The notes beneath the pieces are model-generated. The model did not search any database. It saw nothing but the letters and a program-made list of their open reading frames with translations, and had not been told where the DNA came from. A DNA stretch of 64,000 nt from positions 64,001 to 128,000 of the forward strand of contig CAXXIN010000005.1 in assembly GCA_963665275.2 (NCBI GenBank). The letters are read 5' to 3'. A program made the translations under genes and the position numbers. This DNA comes from Negativicutes bacterium. GTDB lineage: Bacteria; Bacillota; Negativicutes; UBA1444. Positions 56,708 to 64,000 of the stretch are shown piece after piece (the first letter of the stretch is position 1; the number at the start of each line of letters is the position of its first letter).

Positions 56708-58222
56708 TTATATAATCGGGCGGCCTGCCGTTACAGGCGGAGGCGGAATGGCTTCCGAAACTGAGGATAGTGCACGGCCCAGGCGACGGATTCCTTCGGT
56801 CAGTCGATCCTCATCGTGGGTGGCGAAACAGAGCCGGATTTCGTGGCTGGACTGTCCCTGGGCATAAAAAGCATCGCCGGGAACAAAGGAAATTCCCAGT
56901 GCCGCTGAGCGCCGCAATAATTCGGCCGGCGAAACGGAAGACCCCATGCGTCCCCAGAGATAAAGGCCTCCTGCGGCAAGATCGAACTCCATCAGCGGGG
57001 CGCAATATTTTCGCAGAGCTGCGGCCATGGCGTTCCGACGTTTTTTATACTCGCGTCGTACCAGCGCCAGATGGCTGGGCAGTCTGTCTTCTTCCAGATA
57101 AGCATTTAGCATCATTTGCGCCAGGTTATTGCTGTGCAGATCCACATACTGCTTTTCCTGCGCCAATCGGTTGATGACAGGCGGAGCGGCGTGGACCCAA
57201 CCGGTTCGTAGCCCGGAGAACAGGATCTTCGAAAAGGTTCCGAGGTGGATAACTCCGCCATAGGTGTCGAGTTGTTTCAGAGACGGCGGGGGCGGCGAGT
57301 CATAGTAAAGCAGACTGTAGGGATCGTCCTCGATGATGGTGAGACGGTGGCGGGCGGCGAGACGGAGCAACTCCTGGCGTTCCGACAGTTCCATCACCCG
57401 TCCGGTTGGGTTTTGGAAGTCCGATACGGTGTAGAACAATTTGGGTCGATAGCGGACGAGATAATCCTCCAATATCTGCATGTCGATTTTCTTGCCGGGC
57501 GGCAGGCAAAGCAGTCGAGCGCCTGAGGCTTCGAGCAGCTGGATGGCGCCGAGGTAAGTGGGGGACTCTACAATAACATAATCCCGGGGTTCGATGAAAG
57601 ACTTGACAATGAGATATAAACCCTGTTGCGAGCCGGAGACAATCAAGAGCTGATCCGGCGAGGTTGTATTTCCCGAACGTGACTGCCAGGTAGACAGGGA
57701 ACGGCGCAGCGGCAGATACCCTTCGGTTGCTATCAGGCCAAGATCGGCTGGGTCGAACGAATGCCGTCCGGCGTTCAGCATCGGCTGCATCATTTCCAAC
57801 GGATAAAATGCGGGGTCGGTCATGCCGGCCGCCATGGAAATGGTATCGTCGGCGGTGGGCGAATCAATGAGCGAACGCATGATGGAAGAAAGCGGCGCTT
57901 TATAACCAGCAGTGAACAACTGGTCCCAAGGCATGGAAGGAGCCTGCGGGTTGTTCAGGGGGGCGTCGTTGTTGACAAAAGTGCCGCTGCCAACGCGGGT
58001 AGATACCAATCCGCGTTCTTCGAGCAGGCTATAAGTGTTAATGGCGGTGGTGCGGCTGACACTAAGCAGTCGGGCCAATTCTCGCTCAGGAGGGAGGCGG
58101 GTGCCTGTCGGCAAGGTGAAATCCTGGATTTTGGCGGCCAAAGCACTGGCGATCTGGAGGTATAGCGGCACAGACACTGCGGAACTCAGCCGGATGCCGC
58201 TTAGAATTTTGGTAATGTCCAT
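56708..58222 (-). CDS. MocR/GabR family regulator (GntR HTH plus PLP aminotransferase domain)
   Basis: PLYLQI, LPPERELA, VSRTT, GSGTFV; FQNPTG, EDDPY, GTFSKIL..GLRTG. Confidence 0.92.
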   Translation of the reverse strand: MDITKILSGIRLSSAVSVPLYLQIASALAAKIQDFTLPTGTRLPPERELARLLSVSRTTAINTYSLLEERGLVSTRVGSGTFVNNDAPLNNPQAPSMPWDQLFTAGYKAPLSSIMRSLIDSPTADDTISMAAGMTDPAFYPLEMMQPMLNAGRHSFDPADLGLIATEGYLPLRRSLSTWQSRSGNTTSPDQLLIVSGSQQGLYLIVKSFIEPRDYVIVESPTYLGAIQLLEASGARLLCLPPGKKIDMQILEDYLVRYRPKLFYTVSDFQNPTGRVMELSERQELLRLAARHRLTIIEDDPYSLLYYDSPPPPSLKQLDTYGGVIHLGTFSKILFSGLRTGWVHAAPPVINRLAQEKQYVDLHSNNLAQMMLNAYLEEDRLPSHLALVRREYKKRRNAMAAALRKYCAPLMEFDLAAGGLYLWGRMGSSVSPAELLRRSAALGISFVPGDAFYAQGQSSHEIRLCFATHDEDRLTEGIRRLGRALSSVSEAIPPPPVTAGRPII

Positions 58223-58391
58223 TTGAAGAAATATCCTCCAAAAACAAAATTGGTATCTTAAATTTATTATATTGGATATTCACAAGGGAATTCCTGCCGG
58301 ATAAGATAGAGGAAATCATAAAACTTCAGCGTGATTAGCTTGATCAATCTGAACGCTAAAATATTCGAGGAATGCAATTGAGGGGAAAGAG

Positions 58392-59096
58392 GTGGGGAAA
58401 ATGCGAATAGACAGTTTGGCGTTCCAAGCCGGAGTTCGCGACACACTGCCGCTGATGCTGGGAGTATTCCCGTTTGGACTGGCCTATGGAATTTTCGGAC
58501 AGTCGGTCGGGTTGACTTCTGGCGAGACTCTGCTGATGTCGCTGACTGTTTTTGCCGGAGCGGCCCAATTCATCAGTCTGCCGATGTTCGCCGCCGGATC
58601 CGGCTTGTTGATGATCACGTTGACGACTTTGCTCATTAATCTGCGGCATCTTTTGATGGGGGCGTCTCTTGTTTCCTATATGGAAAAATTGTCGATGCCA
58701 TGGAAAGCTTTTCTTTGTTTCGGTATGGCTGATGAAACCTATGCGGTGACCATCAGTCGGGCTCAGACTGCCGGCTACAGCCGCGACTATCATTTTGGCA
58801 GCAATGCCACAGGCTACATTACCTGGGCTGTTTCCACCGTTCTCGGCGTAATGCTGGGCAGCCATATCAGCAATCCTCTCGCCTGGGGGCTCGATTTTGC
58901 GATGCCGGCGACTTTCCTGGCGTTGCTCGTTCCCAGGTTGATCGACAGGACCAGTCTGGTAGTGTGCGGAGTGGCGGGGGTTGTCAGCGTGGCGGCTGCG
59001 GTGCTGATTCCTGGGAAATGGTACATCATTTTGGCCTGTTTGGCGGCTGTCGCGGCCGGTGCGTGGATGGAAGGGGGCGAGCCGGATGAGATCTGA
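58392..59096 (+). CDS. azlC: AzlC family branched-chain amino acid exporter
   Basis: VFAGAAQF, NLRHLLM, DETYA, GLDFA. Confidence 0.9.
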   Translation: MGKMRIDSLAFQAGVRDTLPLMLGVFPFGLAYGIFGQSVGLTSGETLLMSLTVFAGAAQFISLPMFAAGSGLLMITLTTLLINLRHLLMGASLVSYMEKLSMPWKAFLCFGMADETYAVTISRAQTAGYSRDYHFGSNATGYITWAVSTVLGVMLGSHISNPLAWGLDFAMPATFLALLVPRLIDRTSLVVCGVAGVVSVAAAVLIPGKWYIILACLAAVAAGAWMEGGEPDEI

Positions 59097-59415
59097 AATC
59101 GTTCTCACGATTCTATGCATGGCTGCAGCGACCTATTTCACCCGATTTGCGAGTCCTTTGCTTTTGGGGCGAACGGGTGTGCCCCGTTGGTTGGCCCGAC
59201 TCCTGAAACATGTTCCAACGGCCATGCTGACAGCTTTGATTGCACCGGCATTATTGGCTCCCCAGGGATTCGTGGAGATCGGTCCGGCCAATCATTATCT
59301 GATCGCTGGCGGGGTGGCGGCATTGATGGCTTACCGTCGTCAACATCCGGCAGTAACAATGGGCTCGGGGATGGCAATGATGCTGATTTTACGTATGGGA
59401 GGGTTCGGATCATGA
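59086..59415 (+). CDS. azlD: AzlD family protein
   Basis: TYFTRF, LKHVPTAMLTAL; overlaps the azlC stop codon. Confidence 0.88.
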   Translation: MRSEIVLTILCMAAATYFTRFASPLLLGRTGVPRWLARLLKHVPTAMLTALIAPALLAPQGFVEIGPANHYLIAGGVAALMAYRRQHPAVTMGSGMAMMLILRMGGFGS

Positions 59416-60611
59416 GTATGGTGTATGCGACCCGGATGGATTCGTTGCGGGCTTCGGAGATTCGTGAGATCTTAAAAATTACTCAGCGCGAAGAAGTGAT
59501 TTCCTTTGCCGGGGGTCTGCCTGCGCCTGAATTGTTTCCGGTAGAAATGCTGAAAGAGATTTCGGTGCAGGTGCTTGCGGAGTCGGGACGTTCTGCGTTG
59601 CAGTATTCGACTACGGAAGGGTATGAGCCGTTACGGCGGAAAATCGCCGAACGGATCGGACGAAAGTTTCAAACGAAGGTCAGTTCGCAGCAAGTCCTGA
59701 TAACATGCGGATCGCAGCAAGCCTTGGATTTCACAGGTAAACTTTTTCTGGATGCGGGTGATGTCGTTCTTTGCGAAAGCCCGACTTATCTGGCGGCCAT
59801 TAGCGCGTTTCGAGCGTATCAGCCTCGGTTTGTTGAAGTGCCGACTGACGACAACGGGATGATCATGGCGGCTCTGGAGAAAATATTGGCAACAACTGAA
59901 CGAGTCAAATTGATCTATGTCATTCCCGACTTCCAGAATCCCACGGGCCGGACCTGGTCGCTGGAGAGGCGGCAACGACTGGTGGAATTTGCCACTCGAT
60001 ATGAAATTCCGGTGATCGAAGATAACCCCTATGGAGAGCTGCGATTTGAAGGAGAAATTCTGCCCTCTTTGAAGTCGATGGATAGCGCAGGGCTGGTGAT
60101 CGGAACCGGGACTTTTTCCAAGACCTTTTGTCCGGGAATGCGGATCGGCTGGCTGATTGCCGAACCGGACATCATTGAAAAGTATGTGCTTATTAAACAA
60201 GGCGCCGACTTATGCACTTCATTGCGCAGTCAGATGGAAGTGGATATGTTCATGGAGCGTTATGATTTTGAAGCAAACTTGTGCAAGTTGACCGATTTGT
60301 ATCGAAAACGGCGGGACGCTATGGTGGGGGCGTTGGAGGAAATGATGCCGGCAGGGGTAAAGTTTACCCGACCGCAGGGAGGACTGTTTCTCTGGGCTGA
60401 GCTTCCAACGCACATTCCGGCAGTGGAGCTGCTGCGCGAGTGCCTGAAACGGGACGTTGCCTTTGTGCCGGGGGATGCCTTTTTCCCCAATGGTGGAGTG
60501 AAAAACACTTTGCGCCTGAATTACTCCAATATGCCGGAAGATCGGATACGCGAGGGAATTCGGCGGCTGGCCGGGGTGGTACGACAGATTTCTATGCAAT
60601 GCGCCGGATAG
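59412..60611 (+). CDS. PLP-dependent class I aminotransferase (LysN/2-aminoadipate transaminase-like)
   Basis: SEIREILK, ISFAGGLP, FQNPTG, EDNPY, TFSKTFCPGMRIG, RLNYS. Confidence 0.92.
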   Translation: MSMVYATRMDSLRASEIREILKITQREEVISFAGGLPAPELFPVEMLKEISVQVLAESGRSALQYSTTEGYEPLRRKIAERIGRKFQTKVSSQQVLITCGSQQALDFTGKLFLDAGDVVLCESPTYLAAISAFRAYQPRFVEVPTDDNGMIMAALEKILATTERVKLIYVIPDFQNPTGRTWSLERRQRLVEFATRYEIPVIEDNPYGELRFEGEILPSLKSMDSAGLVIGTGTFSKTFCPGMRIGWLIAEPDIIEKYVLIKQGADLCTSLRSQMEVDMFMERYDFEANLCKLTDLYRKRRDAMVGALEEMMPAGVKFTRPQGGLFLWAELPTHIPAVELLRECLKRDVAFVPGDAFFPNGGVKNTLRLNYSNMPEDRIREGIRRLAGVVRQISMQCAG

Positions 60612-60641
60612 TGCAGGGGCGTTGTAGATAACGAAAAACAC

Positions 60642-60673
60642 AAAAAAAGCACCGCGATTCAGCGGTGCTTTTT
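60642..60673. terminator. bidirectional terminator
   Basis: AAAAAAAGCACCGC-gattca-GCGGTGCTTTTT. Confidence 0.8.
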
Positions 60674-60688
60674 GCTTGCCGTAGTAGC

Positions 60689-60844
60689 TTAGCAGTAAGT
60701 TGCGACGTATTCTTCCGACAGGGTTTCCAATGTTGCTCGGATCTCACTGATGGCCTGCTCGGACAGTGAATACTGGTGCAGGTCTTCGCTGTGCGCCAGA
60801 GCGGCCAGCTTGCTGATGCGGGCTAAAAGTAAACTTTTTTCCAT
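60689..60844 (-). CDS. 51-aa hypothetical small protein (absent from the ORF track)
   Basis: RBS AAGAGGTG, ATG..TAA, MEKSLLLARISKLAALAHSEDLHQYSLSEQAISEIRATLETLSEEYVATYC, followed by the terminator. Confidence 0.7.
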   Translation of the reverse strand: MEKSLLLARISKLAALAHSEDLHQYSLSEQAISEIRATLETLSEEYVATYC

Positions 60845-61233
60845 TGTTAATACACCTCTTGATAATTATTATTGAATGAATGACTTCATTATAATAACAG
60901 GAGGGAATAACAATAGCCAGCGAAAAACAAATAGACGCAATAGAAAGTTTGTTTGGTGTTTTGTGACAATATTACGAAAAGACGCAATGACTCGCCTGGG
61001 TTGAAATGGAGTTACAGTTTGTCCGCCCAAAGTGCCAAGTTAGGTTGTTCTGCACGAAGAAATCAGCGTCATTGCCTATACAGGTATAGCTAGTGAGGAA
61101 AAGAGAGGGCGGATTTTACACCCGAAATGGTATCGTTAACTGGCTGACTGTATTAAAATAGGCAACAGAGCCGGTTGTGCCCGAACTTGGTTCACACGCG
61201 ACAATATGATTTTGGGAACAGAAAGGTGATATT

Positions 61234-62553
61234 TTGGCTGCAGCATTTGTATTTGTCCTGTTTTTTGCATCATTGTTGGTTAGTCTCTATAATGGAATTT
61301 CTATACTATATCCTTTAATGCTGGGTTTGGCCTGTTTTATTTTGCTGTCCTGGCATCGAGGCTATCCATTGGCGGCATTGGGAGGAATGTTGCTGGCCGG
61401 CTCCAAACAATCTCTCATCGTGATACGGATTTTTGTTCTGATCGGTGCGATTACTGCTGTTTGGCGAGCCTGCGGCACCATTCCCTTTATTGTTTATCAC
61501 GGCATTGCCCTGATGAATGCGCAGTATTTTATCCTGGCGGCATTTCTCCTGAGTGCTATGGTATCGTTTCTGCTTGGCACGTCCTTCGGCACGGTGGGGA
61601 CGATGGGTGTTGTTCTGATGGTTCTGGCGAAAAGCGGTAATGTCGACGTTGACGTGACCGCTGGCGCCATTATTGCCGGCGCTTATTTTGGCGACAGGTG
61701 CTCGCCCATGTCCTCCAGCGCAACGCTGGTCGCCGCGCTGACGCGAACCCAGCTCTACCTCAATTTGGGGAATATGCTGAAAACGTCGGTTCTGCCTTTT
61801 TTGTTGTCCTGCTTCGGCTACGTTTTCTTTTCCTTGAAAAACCCGTTGTTTGTTGGTGATAACCCGATCTTATCATCGATACCGCAGGCCTTTGACATCA
61901 GCCTGATCGTGCTGTTGCCGGCAGTTCTTATCCTGCTATTGGCCGCTGCAAAGATCGATGTAAAAGTATCCATGGGCCTGAGCATTCTGACAGGGATCGC
62001 TATCGCATTGCAGGTACAACATGTAAATGTGTCAGACCTGCTGCAGTACATTGCGACCGGATATCGGCTGGAACAGCCCGGTCTGTTGGCGAACGTTATC
62101 CAGGGCGGTGGATTATATTCAATGCTGCAGGTGTCTCTGATCGTATTGATTTCTTCCGCCTATTCAGGCCTTTTCGCCGGTACGGGTTTATTGCAGGACA
62201 TTGAGCAGAATTGCGAACGCATCAGCCGAAAAATCGGCGTTTACGCCGGAACTGTGGTGACAAGCATCGCTACCGCCGCTTTCAGTTGCAACCAGACATT
62301 GGCCGTGATGCTGACACATCAACTCACTTATAAAACCTATGAGAAAATGAAGTTGAGCAATTACCGCCTGGCGCTTGATCTGGAAAATACCGTTATTATA
62401 ATCGCAGCGCTGATTCCCTGGAATATCGCCGGCGCCGTTCCTGCTGCCGCATTGTCTGCAGACATAGGCTTCATTCCATATGCCTTATATCTGTTTCTTG
62501 TCCCCCTAACCAACTTTTTTACCAGAAACGCGCCGATCAAGACCCCGGACTGA
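61234..62553 (+). CDS. NhaC family antiporter/amino acid transporter
   Basis: GTSFGTVGTMG, GAYFGDRCSPMS, LIPWN; TTG start after AAAGGTG. Confidence 0.88.
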   Translation: MAAAFVFVLFFASLLVSLYNGISILYPLMLGLACFILLSWHRGYPLAALGGMLLAGSKQSLIVIRIFVLIGAITAVWRACGTIPFIVYHGIALMNAQYFILAAFLLSAMVSFLLGTSFGTVGTMGVVLMVLAKSGNVDVDVTAGAIIAGAYFGDRCSPMSSSATLVAALTRTQLYLNLGNMLKTSVLPFLLSCFGYVFFSLKNPLFVGDNPILSSIPQAFDISLIVLLPAVLILLLAAAKIDVKVSMGLSILTGIAIALQVQHVNVSDLLQYIATGYRLEQPGLLANVIQGGGLYSMLQVSLIVLISSAYSGLFAGTGLLQDIEQNCERISRKIGVYAGTVVTSIATAAFSCNQTLAVMLTHQLTYKTYEKMKLSNYRLALDLENTVIIIAALIPWNIAGAVPAAALSADIGFIPYALYLFLVPLTNFFTRNAPIKTPD

Positions 62554-62774
62554 GGCAGAGTTTTAAACGATATAGTTAAATGCCTGATCCAAGTAAAACC
62601 AACGCGATTTTGCGGTGAGGTTACTTGGGTTTTCAGTTTGAAGAAAAGTATACATTTGCAAAGAGGGGGTACAACGGTAGACAACAGAAACGGTTTGGCA
62701 TAGAATAATTACGAAGATTGTATTATCTGCCAGGTTGTTATTTGCAGAACAGAAAAAATGTAGGAGGTTTGCCC

Positions 62775-63824
62775 ATGAAACGCTTCAAACAATCCGGAAT
62801 CATGACTCTCGCATTGTCCAGCCTGCTCATTCTCGCTTTGGTGATTGCCGGCTGCGGTGGCGGCAGTAAACCTGCTGAACCGGCCAAAGCGGCAGCTCCA
62901 GTGAAGTGGGTCGCTAACTCGGTGTGGCCGCCTAACAACCACCACAGCGTAGGTTTGACAGACTTCGCCAAAAGAGCGAAAGAGGCAACCGGCGGCAAAG
63001 TGGACATTACGGTTCAAACCGGCGGCGCCTTGGGTTACAAGGGACCGGAATTGTTGAAAGTCGTTCGTGACGGGCTCGTTCCCGTATCTGACATGTTGGC
63101 AAGCGGAGTCGCCGGTGATGAGCCGCTCTTTGATATTGTTACCCTGCCGTTCCTGATTCAAAGCTTTGATGAAGGAAAAATTCTCAATGATATAGCCCGG
63201 CCGCATTTCGACAAAGTGGCGGAACAGAAGTGGGGACAAAAGATTCTTTACATTGCCCCGTGGCCGGCAGCCGGCATCTGGACCAAGAAGGAAGTCAAAT
63301 CCGCAGCTGACATGAAAGGCCTCAAGACCCGCACCTATGACAAAAACGGTGCGCTTGTGATGCAGGCTGTCGGCGGAACTCCTTATCCGCTGCCGTTCAG
63401 CGAAGTTTACTCGTCACTTGCAACCAATCTGATCGACTCCGTTCTGACCTCGACGCCGACGGCCGTCGATGCGAAGTTCTGGGAAGTTCTGAAGTTCTAT
63501 GCACCGATCAATATCACCATGGCAACCGACCTCGTAACCGTCAACCTCAAGGAATTCAACAAGCTTGACAAAGCAACCCAGGATGCGTTGATTAAGCTGG
63601 GCAAAGATATGGAAGCCGAAATGTGGAAAAAGGTCGCCCAACTGGATAAAGATCAGGAAGCGATCAGCAACAAGGGCGGCATTGTTACGGTTCCTCCCAG
63701 CAAAGAGTTCTTGAACGAGCTGTCCGGCGTCACCAAAGGGATCCGTGAAGAGTGGCTGAAAAAAGCTCCGCCGGAAGCTAAAACGATCGTTGATGCGTTC
63801 AATGCCAAAGTGGGTCGAAAATAA
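62775..63824 (+). CDS. dctP: TRAP substrate-binding lipoprotein
   Basis: Lipobox IAGC, GLKTRT, FSEVYSSL; RBS AGGAGG. Confidence 0.9.
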   Translation: MKRFKQSGIMTLALSSLLILALVIAGCGGGSKPAEPAKAAAPVKWVANSVWPPNNHHSVGLTDFAKRAKEATGGKVDITVQTGGALGYKGPELLKVVRDGLVPVSDMLASGVAGDEPLFDIVTLPFLIQSFDEGKILNDIARPHFDKVAEQKWGQKILYIAPWPAAGIWTKKEVKSAADMKGLKTRTYDKNGALVMQAVGGTPYPLPFSEVYSSLATNLIDSVLTSTPTAVDAKFWEVLKFYAPINITMATDLVTVNLKEFNKLDKATQDALIKLGKDMEAEMWKKVAQLDKDQEAISNKGGIVTVPPSKEFLNELSGVTKGIREEWLKKAPPEAKTIVDAFNAKVGRK

Positions 63825-63835
63825 CAACTTGAACC

Positions 63836-63879
63836 AGAGGAGGCCGATGGGAGTTGTCTCGTCGGCTCCTCTTTTTTTT
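63836..63879 (+). terminator. terminator-like hairpin between dctP and dctQ
   Basis: AGAGGAGGCCGATG...CGTCGGCTCCTCT followed by a T tract. Confidence 0.6.
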
Positions 63880-63895
63880 AATGGGAGGGAGATAG

Positions 63896-64000
63896 ATGGA
63901 GGTTTTCGTTCGACTTTGTGACCGCCTATCGGTTGCCTGCGGCGTGGCGTCGGGATTTCTCATGGTTGTGTCCACAGTGCTGGTGCTGGTGGAGATCGTC
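63896..64000 (+). CDS. dctQ: TRAP small permease, 3'-truncated by window edge
   Basis: RBS GGGAGG; MEVFVRLCDRLSVACGVASGFLMVVSTVLVLVEIV directly after dctP. Confidence 0.7.
   Translation, partial: MEVFVRLCDRLSVACGVASGFLMVVSTVLVLVEIV

Noticed and set aside
59115-59411. 99-aa N-terminal extension of the aminotransferase in the ORF track
   Set aside because: It overlaps azlD; the real start is ATG 59412 after GGGAGGG. Similar upstream over-extensions were trimmed for several other ORFs
62695-62712. sigma54 promoter before the last dctP
   Set aside because: TGGCAT is present but there is no GC at the -12 position
1-64000. Mobile elements, defence systems, CRISPR arrays, tRNA or rRNA genes
   Set aside because: No transposase, integrase, cas or phage genes, repeat-spacer arrays or tRNA cloverleafs were recognised by eye

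Overview
64-kb chromosomal window of an anaerobic Firmicute, most likely a Negativicute of the Sporomusaceae type (inferred from gene content, lipoprotein TRAP receptors and sigma54/sigmaH-type promoters). I found no CRISPR array, IS element, prophage, rRNA or tRNA. Main blocks: (1) a sigma54-activated acid-catabolism operon (LarA-family racemase/epimerase, split UxaA-family dehydratase, 2-hydroxyacid dehydrogenase, TRAP transporter, single-Cys Asp/Glu-racemase-fold protein, split transketolase) followed by tyrS; (2) a sigma54 operon with class III CoA-transferase, HMG-CoA-lyase-family enzyme, two dicarboxylate carriers and a LeuCD-type hydratase, which reads like a citraconate/(R)-citramalate route, with its probable enhancer about 2 kb away; (3) mixed housekeeping and regulatory genes (DEAD-box helicase, GGDEF/HD-GYP protein, glgC, fliB, TPP riboswitch-thiC, crcB); (4) a sigma54-promoter HydCBA [FeFe]-hydrogenase operon with two extra small [2Fe-2S] proteins; (5) a seven-gene envelope-modification operon (GT-C, GT2, DUF2304, small flippase, FemAB-like transferase, methyltransferase, deacetylase), my best candidate for an undescribed system; (6) tex, MocR-AzlCD-aminotransferase, a 51-aa ORF missing from the track, an NhaC-family carrier and another TRAP system. 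Five single-base insertions in short homopolymers interrupt otherwise intact genes and are probably assembly errors. All calls rest on motif recognition by eye, without database searches.
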